A DNA stretch of 57,876 nucleotides from Octopus bimaculoides (taxonomy: Eukaryota), in contig NC_068991.1 of assembly GCF_001194135.2 (NCBI RefSeq), positions 72,934,228 to 72,992,103 on the forward strand, read 5' to 3'. Below, in pieces: positions 9,513-22,275 of this stretch. How positions within the stretch are numbered: position 1 is the stretch's first letter; each line of letters opens with the position of its first letter. A program made the translations under genes and the position numbers. The notes under the pieces were generated by a model. It was not told the DNA's origin. It ran no database searches and was given only the letters and a program-made list of their open reading frames with translations.

Positions 9513-12500
9513 GTCACAAATTTAACTCTATGTAATAACGCTGTTCTACGACCAAAGCTTCACTTGTTAAGTTTTCAATGCAATTACAATGTAAGCTAAC
9601 AATTTCTAGTCTAGATCCATTAAAAGCCCTTGCTGAACTGACATGTTACGTAACATCATTACAATTGATGCTATTCTTAAATTTATTCTATGCGGTCACC
9701 TTGCAGATGGCGTTAATAAGTTAATGAGTCCAGATGGAGTTTATGAGTTAAGTAATTATATTGTATAGTGTTCATTATCTACCCGATAATCATTATTTGA
9801 TCTATATTAAAATGTGTTTGGACATTTCCTGGCAGAAGTTCTAAAATCTCATTTAAAGAAAGACGGTCATAATTCTTAGGAGAAAGTATTTCGCGTCATC
9901 TTTCCCTTTTCTCAGATGCTTCCCTAAAAACAGAATTTACTAAACAATTTCCAACGTATGAAGAGTGTGATAATTCAACGCTTAGCGGTGTTAAATTCTA
10001 CATAGAATGGTTCAATCCCCAAGTAGAAGCAGGCTCAAATTTGAAAAAAATCCTTTTGTTCTTCTGCGGTCCTCAAATTTGAGTTGTATTATCTGAAATA
10101 TTGCTAAAGAATAGCATTCTATGTTACAAATTGGATGAATCTCATATATCATTGTTTTATCTCTTTTACCTGTTTCAGTCATTAGACTGCCGCCATGATG
10201 GAGCACCACCTTGAAGGGTTTCTGTCGAATGCATTTTTCTTCTGAAATCCAGTTCCTTATTACATCGATATTTTTTGCCGTGTTTTTACACCTTCCAAAT
10301 CCACTCACAGTGCTTTCATGACTTTTATTGATGATATGAATAGGAAAAATAGACGTGGATTATTTTTGAACGAATTAAATCCAGACAACTTACAAAACAC
10401 GCTTATTCCGAGATAGGAGACACATTCCAAGTTCTTATAGAATTAGTGGTGTTCGTAATTTGAGTAAACTATGTATTCTAGTAGCAACATCTGTCCATGC
10501 AACAACACTTGATTCATTAATTTTGTTATTCCTGTGCTGAGGAATGATTATTTCCTGTAAATTTTACTACATCCTCCAAGAGCATCGGTATAAAAGTAAG
10601 AACGTTCCATGATTTCCCCCACTCTTCATTTACGTTTATAAATTCTCCTTGATGTTTTCCTGGTTCTGTTCTCAGATAATTTGCTCCATTTCTGATGCTA
10701 ACTTTTGATGCTAACTGAATCAAGAGTGGGTTTCCTAGTTTTCCTTCCTATCCCCCATGCAAAAGCAAGATCAATAGATTTTTTTGTTTTTATCTTAAAG
10801 AGGTCTAAATTTGAATTAAATATTGAAGACTGCAAAATGTACACATGATGGCAAATATTACTCCAAGTTTTGGCGCCATTCAAATATTAATGCTTTCCAT
10901 AAAATATTTACAAATTCATTGCCGTTTTGCATTAATCATACCCGCATTGAAGCATTTTTAAAATTTAAAAAGTTATTCTTGAACGGTTCTTAATACCTCA
11001 TAGATTCTTGTTCCGGAAATGTGAAGCAGCAACAGGCGGAGATGAAATTTTTCAGCATATTTAGGGTTCACCCTAATTGAATGCACCCTAATTAAAAATC
11101 AAGAACTCCACAATAGTAGCATAGTTACTCAAGTATGAAATGTGTCCTACTTTTTCATATTAGAAAAATTTTTGAATTATCGATATTCACTGCGAAGAAC
11201 CATAAGAGAATAAAATAGGGGTTGTACATGTCATGGCAGATAGAAAATCCTATTCGCATTTCTTATTTCTTGGATATACTGTAATATTCCTATTCTCTTG
11301 AGAAGCTCTGTTTTCACTAATATTCAGAGCAGTAATTTAATTATACGCTGGAAAATTGTACTGCGTAATCTCTGGACCTCGTCTGAAATGAAATTTTACA
11401 TTAGGAATAAGAAAAAATGTCTTAGATTGCACCTGCTTCTTCTAACTCTACCAAACGACATTTTTTGTCTATGTATCTGAACATTTAGAGTGCAATAATG
11501 CTTGCTTTGAAAGATATCCATTGCGTTTAAAGACACTGAGTATTTTAGTGACCTTCCTTCTGTTGTATATAATAACGGTTTTATTATTATTTGTTATCGT
11601 AGCTGACCAAACTTCGGGCTAAATTTAGAAGTTATATATTAAGTTTCTCTCTGTGCTGTATGAAGCTGTATGTTCTCGTCCTTAAAGTGTACGTCATATT
11701 GCTCTAAATTAAGGCACAACTGTAGGTCCTACATCATGATGAAAAGGCACAACTAAGGATTAAAAGAAATATACTTTAGTTCAATGAAATTAGTACATGC
11801 GTGTTACCTTCATACCACAACCAAAATAAGCAATGATAACTATATTAAACAAAAATCTTACGTACAACGCCATCGCTTTAACATCATTACTACAGTTCAT
11901 AGTACATCACATGTATATGTGTGCCTATCTGTTGTGCGTGAGTGTGTGTATGTGTGTGTGTGTTTGTGTGAGCATAGGTGTTCGTGTAGTTTTCTGTATT
12001 TCTTCTTTCTATAACGTTACATCTTCCCCCGATTAAACAGTCCTCCCTCTCTTCCATTGTGAGCCACTTCATTCAATATAACACGTCGCTCTTCAAATGA
12101 AAGCCTGATGTAAACCTTTCACATGAAAATGTATGTGTCTATTAGTCTATACACGTGTCTGTATATCTGTCTGTCTGTCTTCGTTTACGTGTACGAGCTA
12201 GATTCGAATATTAGATGAGAAATTTCGTGTTTTCTCCTTGCTTTTTACAATGCAATTAACAATGAAAAAATAAGAATTAAAGGGACAAAAAATTAAGAAT
12301 TTGAGAAATAAGAAATTTTAAAAAAAATCAAAAGTGAAGACAAAAACAAATTCAAAATGATAATAATGTGAATTGTTATAATAATTAACGAAGGAGTTGG
12401 AAAAATATTGCGAAGATTGAGGAGGTTTGTATGAGGAGCGGAGTCTGGTGCAAGAAATAGTAAAGCATTGATTTTGAAGATAAAGAAGGAAAATGAGAAT

Positions 12501-12694
12501 AAAAATAGAAATAAAATGAAAATCAAGAATAAATAAAATAATGAACAAATGAAAAATAGTGAAATATAATCAAAAAATGTGTCTAAAAACTATATATATC
12601 TTAAATTATATCTTAAGAAAATATAGACAAACAATGTGTAGTAAATGCCTATAATATCCTCGAAGTGAAATATGTATGTATATATATATGTATG

Positions 12695-12725
<31 letters not shown>

Positions 12726-13634
12726 NNNNNNNNNNNNNNNNNNNNNNNNNNNNNNNNNNNNNNNNNNNNNNNNNNNNNNNNNNNNNNNNNNNNNNNNNNN
12801 NNNNNNNNNNNNNNNNNNNNNNNNNNNNNNNNNNNNNNNNNNNNNNNNNNNNNNNNNNNNNNNNNNNNNNNNNNNNNNNNNNNNNNNNNNNNNNNNNNNN
12901 NNNNNNNNNNNNNNNNNNNNNNNNNNNNNNNNNNNNNNNNNNNNNNNNNNNNNNNNNNNNNNNNNNNNNNNNNNNNNNNNNNNNNNNNNNNNNNNNNNNN
13001 NNNNNNNNNNNNNNNNNNNNNNNNNNNNNNNNNNNNNNNNNNNNNNNNNNNNNNNNNNNNNNNNNNNNNNNNNNNNNNNNNNNNNNNNNNNNNNNNNNNN
13101 NNNNNNNNNNNNNNNNNNNNNNNNNNNNNNNNNNNNNNNNNNNNNNNNNNNNNNNNNNNNNNNNNNNNNNNNNNNNNNNNNNNNNNNNNNNNNNNNNNNN
13201 NNNNNNNNNNNNNNNNNNNNNNNNNNNNNNNNNNNNNNNNNNNNNNNNNNNNNNNNNNNNNNNNNNNNNNNNNNNNNNNNNNNNNNNNNNNNNNNNNNNN
13301 NNNNNNNNNNNNNNNNNNNNNNNNNNNNNNNNNNNNNNNNNNNNNNNNNNNNNNNNNNNNNNNNNNNNNNNNNNNNNNNNNNNNNNNNNNNNNNNNNNNN
13401 NNNNNNNNNNNNNNNNNNNNNNNNNNNNNNNNNNNNNNNNNNNNNNNNNNNNNNNNNNNNNNNNNNNNNNNNNNNNNNNNNNNNNNNNNNNNNNNNNNNN
13501 NNNNNNNNNNNNNNNNNNNNNNNNNNNNNNNNNNNNNNNNNNNNNNNNNNNNNNNNNNNNNNNNNNNNNNNNNNNNNNNNNNNNNNNNNNNNNNNNNNNN
13601 NNNNNNNNNNNNNNNNNNNNNNNNNNNNNNNNNN

Positions 13635-13673
<39 letters not shown>

Positions 13674-14020
13674 ACTTTCTTTCGTAGTTTGTAAAAGACG
13701 TTTTTTGAACGTCTATTTTATACAACTGACCAAAGTTACATTTTCGGTGGTAAAAGTAAAAAACGTATGGTAAGCTTCTTTTTGTGATTTCAAACACTAA
13801 ATATTTTGTTCTTAAGGTATGTTTCATTTCGCTGTAAAAAATATAGGCACAATTGGAGATTATTAATAAATCGTGAGATGCACGAAGAATAGCGAAAATC
13901 ATATGAATAGGTCTTATAGTTTTATCTAAAGACAATTATAGCTTTTACTGTTCGCATGGAAATAGCTCAATTCTTCATCATTTCCACCGAAATCTCTCGA
14001 ATTTTCTTGGTACTACTATA

Positions 14021-14119
14021 ATGAGGAAGTTAAGCGTCTCTGTTGTGGTAGCAACTCAGACATTCATTCATAAATCTAAAAGCTTCACAATGATTACACA
14101 GAATATTTGTGCTTCTAAT
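14021..14119 (+). other. Candidate 5' exon ending at a GTAAGT donor
   Basis: ATG-initiated open frame of 33 codons then GTAAGT at 14120; the donor is conserved in the inverted paralog at 3142-3147. Coding status unknown. Confidence 0.3.
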
Positions 14120-15159
14120 GTAAGTTTGTATTTATGATTCGAGTTTCCTTGAATTTCTCTTATTTTCTGATCTCTTTCGCTTTTGTAAATTCTCAAAGAT
14201 GTTTCTTTCCATTCATATTTTCTCTTCTTTTCTGTTGTCACTCCTGTGCTGGATCAAGTGATTAATCACTTTGACCATGTCCTACTATTTCCTTACTGAA
14301 TAAGGTCCTATATCTCTGTACGTCTTTTACTAGTCCAGACAAAGAGACGACAAATAAATGCATTCAACGCATGCGTCAAATGACTGATGATTATAACAAA
14401 ATAAATTTTAGTTTAAAAAACCCCCCAAAAAACCCAGATTCTTCACACTTTCCTATATACTACAAACACAATAAACACCGCAACCTTCACTAACCAACAT
14501 TCTAATTTATAGATCCACCATTTTAACATTAGATTACAGCAGTTCTCAATATACGTCGTGTGTGTGTGTGATCATAGGTCTGTTTCACTTCCTTTATTTC
14601 TCCATTAGTGACCTTTTCTACTTCTTTCCACTAGAAACTCGTCCAGTTTCCTTTAAGTACCACTATACACATCTTTATTCATTAAACACACATGAAAATG
14701 TATGTATTTTAATCTGTACACCTGTGTGTATATTTTCTGTCTATTTTTTTATGTGTACGAGTTGGAATTGAATATTACAAGACGAATTTCATGTTTTGTC
14801 GATGCTTGTAACAATGTAATTAACATTGAAAAACAAGAATTAATGAATAAAAATTGAAAAAAAGTTATTAATTCAGAAATTGAGAAATTAAAAAAAAAGA
14901 CATCAAAAATAATATAAAAATCGTATTTCAACGGAGATGTTGGAAACATATCATGTATATTGAAGAGGTTTGTATGATGGGGTGGGGGGATTCAAAGAAA
15001 ACAAGGAAAGAGAGTAATGATTTTAAAGATAAATGTGGAAATGAGAGCGAAAATATGATAACGATCAAATAAAAAAAAAGATGAAAAACATAATGATGAA
15101 GATAGTAAAATTTTAATAAATCATAAAGAAGGAATTATATATTTATATATATATAAAGA

Positions 15160-15230
<71 letters not shown>

Positions 15231-18200
15231 GTATCTATCTATCTATCTATCTACTGTTGTGTCTCCCTTGAACTATTTGTCCGTTTTGCCTTGTGCATCA
15301 TCTTATACATACACACACACGTGCGCAAACTCACGTATAAAGATGTATAGAATTGTAAAGTATATTGAAATATGTTTTAAATAAAGCAAGCATTGTCTGA
15401 TATAGAACTCTGTAAGTTAGGTAGTGTAGAAAACTATGCAAGGTCACAAAGTGATATCATTAGCTTCACCCTTGGCTGCGGATATATACACTGAGAACTG
15501 GTCAAAATCCGCGGAAGACAGTTCGAAAATAATTTAAGCTAAGCGCTGTCACCATCACTAAATTCTCGTATATTTCCAACGTAGCTGAGTCAACAGAAAC
15601 GACTGTAGAATATTTTCAACTTAGAAATATTTTAAAACCGCAGTTCGTAGGAAAAATTTCTACTTTTTTGAAACTATCGTTGAGACAGGCGATTTTCAAA
15701 TCTTGTATGAAGTTTATATTCGTCTTTAATTGGTGTTCTCCGTTGGTGAGCAATGTATAAATTCAGAGATTCAAGTGTTCACCCTGTCTGTAATTGGAAG
15801 TGGTTGAAAAATGACTGATTCTATTCTCATTACTTGGATCCAACACATTTTCTTATTTAATAAGGGTTAATACCTTGTAAGTATGTTGTATTTTTTCCAC
15901 TATATGAAATCGTTATCTGTTGGAACCGTTTGCGTATAGGATGTTATTTTCAGATACAGACCAGCGACTCTCAGGTTTCCTTGTTTTTTTTTTTTTATCT
16001 TTTAGACACTTTATATAATTTACCGTCAATATATTGTTCTCGTGTTATAGGTATCAACAAGAGAATACATGATTTGTATATCCGAATTTGAATATATTGG
16101 TTTAGGTCCGAAATAATTCATATCGACGCCATTAAAAAAAGTGATTCTCATACGATATACTAAGGCTCTATCAAGAGACTTTCCATTAACGAGGACAAGA
16201 AATACTCTAGATACAGTTGTATACGTATCTGTACTCAGATATGCTAATGGAGGAGACTATATTTACGCCTACACTAGTATTTATGTTTGTATTTCGATTA
16301 TTTCTATTGACCATAAAATTAATATTGTAAGATTTTCCAGTCAGATACAACTAAATTTCACTGAATTTATGTTAAATACTTTTATGAAATCGGTGTAACC
16401 CAGATAAACGCTTATACAGCAAGCCTAGTAAGTTTCTTTGCAACGTTGGAAACAGGATTTGAATGAAAATAACGAAACGGACGACGCTATTGGAAGGTAT
16501 TTCATCTAGCAGCAATTTTAGAAATCCGTCTACTTTATGTTCTTAACATTCAAGAATCCGTATGGTGGTGACGTTGTTAGATGGCTTACTTTAACATAAG
16601 ATATTTTTCGAGGAAATTTTGTGGGGAAAGTATTACGCTGTATTTAGATTTAAAATGAAATCTAGAAAAAGAACGAGATTAATCTTAGTATTAACTGCTA
16701 TTTTTAGGTTGATTTCTTTAAAGGATTTTATTAAATCTTTTCCAAATCTGTTTCAAAAGGGGTACATATGAGAGATGTGAGAAAATTAGACAATTTATAT
16801 ACAGGCCAAAATCTAAATAAAGGAAGTTTTTCTGCAATAGGTCTCACTTGATAAGACTCTGCACAATTCATAACTACGTATAAACGCTAATCGCCAATGC
16901 TTTTGACCCCCAAAAGAATCGCGCTTCAATATAATTTTAATATCAGTAGCATAAATACCAGAGATTGTGCTGCCAAACGTAAAAGCTTTTACGGATAAAG
17001 GGTTTGAGATGAAGATATAGAAATGCACTATATTGGGCCGCTGACTGTAATTCTCTGAGTGCGCGCGCGCGTGTGTATAGATGTATGTATAAGTATGTGT
17101 GAATGTCTGTGTGTATGTATGTATGTATATATGTATGTATGTATGTATATGAATATATATACATATATACAAATATATATATATGTATACATGTATATGC
17201 GTATATATATATATATAAACATATTCTTATATATATACATGTACTTATATATATNNNNNNNNNNNNNNNNNNNNNNNNNNNNNNNNNNNNNNNNNNNNNN
17301 NNNNNNNNNNNNNNNNNNNNNNNNNNNNNNNNNNNNNNNNNNNNNNNNNNNNNNNNNNNNNNNNNNNNNNNNNNNNNNNNNNNNNNNNNNNNNNNNNNNN
17401 NNNNNNNNNNNNNNNNNNNNNNNNNNNNNNNNNNNNNNNNNNNNNTATATATATATATATATATATTATACACATAAATAGGTGCAGCTTGGGTGGGGAT
17501 GGATTAGTTCATAGAGAGCTGTAGCTGGCAGGTTCACGAACTCACACATTCACATACACAAGCATATGCAAAAAGAGAAAAACAAGAGAGGCGGAAAGAG
17601 AGAGAGGGAGAGAGAGAGAGAGAGAGAGGGGGGAGGGAGAAAGACAGAGAAAGTGAGAGAGACGTGAAGGAATATACTTACATTTGATGTGTGAATGTGT
17701 GTATATTTCTGCATATCTGGTTGTATACATAGACATTTCCGCATTGCCGTATTGATTCCTGTATTTTCGATAATCCTAGATTCGTTTACAGTATTTTTAC
17801 CAAAGATTACTCCAAACTGAATCCTTATTAATTCATTCAATTCGGAAGAAAAAAACATGAAGTACTATAAAATATAATAATATAATAGAATAAACATTTT
17901 TCAAAGATTATAGTTGGTATTTGATATTAGATTTTTCGTTTTGAAAAGAAAATATCATTTCTGATATTAGAGCTGTCAAAGAAGTAAAGTTTGCGACCTC
18001 GTCCTTTTAATCTGCCATCACAGAATATAGTGACTTCCTTCAGTTGAAAGCAAGCGGTCGGAATGTGTATTCTCTTTTTCCTTCTTTCTATTTCCTTCTT
18101 CTGTTTTTTTTTATTTTTTATAATCTTTGACGAACGATTCCAATGTTATGACGTCAATGAGTAGTTGAAACAAATGCAGTGTGATACGCACTGTCAGCTT

Positions 18201-18872
18201 GACAACATTTTCATTTTCTCGGCTAAACTCTAGCGGATATTTTCTTCTTTCTTTCTTTTTTGTACCTTTAGATCTGATTCACTATAATGAAGTAGTTTCA
18301 TTGAAAGTAGTTTGTATGACAATAAATTAGAATTAGAGTTACGTTAATTTTATTTGTTCCATTTTCTTAAAGGCATATAAGAATTACGCCAATTAAATTT
18401 ACTTTATATGGAAGATATATCAACCAGGGGAAAAATATTTCCTAATCGAAACTTATCTTCTTTAACAGAGAATTACATTAACTTCCGTTCTTTAATAAAT
18501 GATAATGAGAGTTGAAGAAAATTATAAGATTAGCCGTTGGTCTTATTAATGTTATATATTTTTTCTTAGTAAAGTGAAAATCAGACATAGCTAAAAGGAT
18601 TCCATATTTTCGCATATTTAACTCTTATCTTGAAAAGCAACACACTTCATTTAATATGGTAGTTTTTTTTTTAATCATAATTTCTATGTATGTTCGTAGG
18701 TATATCTGTATATAAGTCTGTATGTATGTATTTCCAACCATAATATCTATGTGTGTACGAACGTATGTATGTATGTATGTATGTATGTATGTATGTATGT
18801 ATGTATGTATGTATGTGTTCATGTAAGCATGCATACATGCATGTATGTATAAATGTATGTATGTACATACGC

Positions 18873-18933
<61 letters not shown>

Positions 18934-19387
18934 ATTATCTATCTACACACACACACACACATCAAGCATATGTATGTATATATTTGTACTCACATGCATA
19001 TATATGGTGCCTTTTATTGTGGAGTGTCTTATATACGGAAACCAGATATTCTCAAAACCCTCTTGAAGTATAGAGCAGCTTTATGGAGCATGTATAGTAC
19101 ATTATATGGTTTAGGCCTCTTTTTTACAAGAATCACTTGTGCTTCCCCACGACTACTTCTACATTCTTCCTAAGAATATATAACCTGCTTGATCAGTCTG
19201 TAGCGGTGGTTCTACGAACAACAGCTGTATCTGCCTGATTGTAACTTGTCACAAACCGACAGTATCTGAACAGACTAGTATCACTCTATGTCGCTATTAC
19301 AGCAAATTAGTAGAACACGAGCTTCGTACACCGTACCTGTGAAATTCTAGTGGATCCTGTACCTTCGTGTGATTGGGATTTACACAG

Positions 19388-19462
19388 AGAATTATATTAA
19401 TGTCATCGGACCAACTGATAAAGCCCCTATTTAAGATCTTACCCTGGTTCCAATATTATCAT
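19388..19462 (+). other. Candidate 75-nt internal exon
   Basis: TTTACACAG acceptor and GTAAGT donor; only frame 0 is open (RIILMSSDQLIKPLFKILPWFQYYH). Confidence 0.3.
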
Positions 19463-20084
19463 GTAAGTGATGCTATGGAATTTAAAGAAGAAGAATCCTA
19501 TATATCTTAGATTATGGAAATTTCTACTCCCGTGTGTGATGACTATAATCACACACAGGATTACAATGAGTCAGGATCTCGGTTTTCTATATATATTCAT
19601 TACTATTACACATGCATCTGCCTCGGTTGATGTAATGTACATGAACAAGAGATGGACCTATAATCTATTTACAACACTACAACTGCTTCACTTTTTTCTT
19701 TCGTTATCAGTTTTATTTTCGTTTCTTTTTTGTCAATTATTTTCAACGTTGACAGCAGGAGAAAATTGTGCTTCATGTTATGTTAATTTTATTGTAAACC
19801 AAGAGCAAATATATTTTTGTATTAATAATCCAAAAGTAATCTTACAGACATAGCAGTGCATCGACCGGCTGGTTCATTTCCGTTTTAGTAACATGCTTGC
19901 ATTAACCCTGCAATTCGTCTATTTCATATCACTTTTCCATTTTCTGAATTAGACACCAGTTATGCCTCTTCCAAACATATCCACTTCAGTTTTGGAAAGT
20001 TTTCTCATGTCCAAATATATTCCGATGAGTTAAATATGAACGATCGCGAATATATATTATTTAATATTACTTCGTGCCTTGCGT

Positions 20085-20241
20085 TCTTAGTTCAAATTCC
20101 GCGCAGGTCGACTTTGCATTTCATCCTTTCGGGGTCAATTAAATAAGTACCAGTTACACACTGGGGTCGATATAATCAACTTAATCTGTTTGTCTGTTCT
20201 TGTTTGTCCCCTATGTGTATAACCCCTTCTGGGCAGTAAAG

Positions 20242-20245
<4 letters not shown>
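20085..20245 (+). mobile_element. SINE family A, 5' truncated
   Basis: GTTCAAATTCCGCG...TTTCATCCTTTCGGGGTC body. Confidence 0.8.
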
Positions 20246-20279
<34 letters not shown>

Positions 20280-21344
20280 GTTCTTCTGTGGTTGAGGACT
20301 ATTTTGACTTATAGTTTTAGCGAAACAGGTGCATATGTAGTACCCTATTATATATAAATATATTTATATATCTTATATATTTATATACCTTATATATAAT
20401 TATTAATTTTGCCTATACAGCTTTTACGTGGCCACTAACGTTATTATTTTGAGGAATAAATATGTTCTCTTATATTTAAAAATAATTTCGCATGATTCGT
20501 TTGTTTCAATGGTGTTCGGACACACAAAAGAATTACAGGCAATGTAGCGGTGAATACTAATATCTTTTGCAGACCTGACTGAAGAGAACAAGGTGCCTTT
20601 GGCTATGCATTCGAAATCATGATATCAGATTAACTGACATTCCTTCCGCATCTTTTGCAGAGCTAGGACGCTATTGTTATTCACTATGATATATTTCCTA
20701 TCCTGGCTGTATTTATTTAGTGATTCTTCTGTGGCTTAGGAGTATGTTCACTTCTATTTTTAGTAAAGCAGGTGCTTATATGGTACCCTAGTATATATAC
20801 AAATATATTTATATATCTTATATGTAGTTATAATTTTTGCCTATACGGCTTTTAAGCTCGCTGCCGCAAACGTTATTATTTTAAGGAATAATAATGTTCT
20901 CATATACATATATGCTGTAAGAAACTATTCTACTTTCTATGTTCTACGTTATATATTTTAATAATCACTGGTATCTTTATATATGGAAAGTATAACATGT
21001 TATACATGTATATTATTATAATTGTTTGTTTTTTTTAATAAATAGACATAATATAATGTCTAAAAGTTGATGAATACCAACTCTTGATCCTCTCTATTTT
21101 CTTATTGCCGTATAAATTAAGGGTAAAACAACTTTCTTACCCTTACATTCAGTAGAGTAATTGCCACGCAATAAAAAAACGCTTGTTTATTAATAATTGG
21201 GTATTCTACCAGCAGTATATTGGATAGATATTATCCCTTATCTGGTTAGATTCACAACTTCTAACTCTCTTGGAATTATATACAGGCACACACATAAATA
21301 CATACATACATATATATATATGTGAGTAAATATATGTATGTATG

Positions 21345-21411
<67 letters not shown>

Positions 21412-22129
21412 GTGTGTGTGTGTCTCTATGATCTACTCTCCTGCATACGTACTCATGAACTCACATAGAACACGTATATAAGCATACACCCGCACTCACA
21501 CAATACATGCTGCACATACGCACGCAGGCACTCACACACACAACACTCTCACACCCACACTCCCCCCCCCCGCTCTCTCTATCACACACACACACAAACT
21601 CTTTCTCTCTCTCACACACACATACACACTTTATTAGGGCCATTATTCATTCCTGCGTTATATAATTAATGATTGTGTTATTAGCACCGAAATCTTTAAT
21701 TATAATTAACGATATTGTAATTAGTATCAAGCTTAGTCATTTGTGCCTGTGCGTGTGTGTGTGTGTGTGTATTTGTCTGTGTGGTTGTTTCTGTTGATTA
21801 ACCTTAAACCAACGTTATTCTAACTAATATTATGATTAATTTCACCTTAGGCCCTAAATACCCTGTTTGGTTACAAATATCCAGAACCACTTTATGTAAT
21901 GTGTCCTTTATTGTATAAGACAGCATGGTGTAAGATCACAGATGTTGCGCTATTATTTCTTTGAAGAGAAACCCCACCTAGTGACTAACTTCTGTACTAG
22001 ATCGTACTTGTTTAGTATACATACGTGTTAATTTGGGGGTTTAATCCACTGGCATGTATGTGCGTGTGTGTGTATGTGTGTGTGTGTGTGTGTGTGTGTC
22101 TGATAGTAATACTATTTTTTACTCTAGGC

Positions 22130-22275
22130 ACACGGCGCGAAGTTTTTGGGAAGGAGGCCAGTCGATTGGATCGACCAGATTACGCAACTGGCACTTAATT
22201 CATCGACCCCGAAAGGATGGAAGGCCAAGTCGACCTCTGTGGAATTTGAACTCAGAACGTGAAGACATACGAAAT
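22130..22275 (-). mobile_element. SINE family A
   Basis: CGACCCCGAAAGGATG...GGAATTTGAACTCAGAACGT. Confidence 0.8.

Noticed and set aside
10450-10890. Signal-peptide-like MAPKLGVIFAIMC and LLLHGG on the minus strand
   Set aside because: Stops interrupt every frame over the region, and no splice pattern rescues it.
19330-19600. Cadherin-like INVIGPTDKAP and GPCR-like N-terminus impressions
   Set aside because: Flanked by stops; canonical DxNDN and other family motifs are absent.
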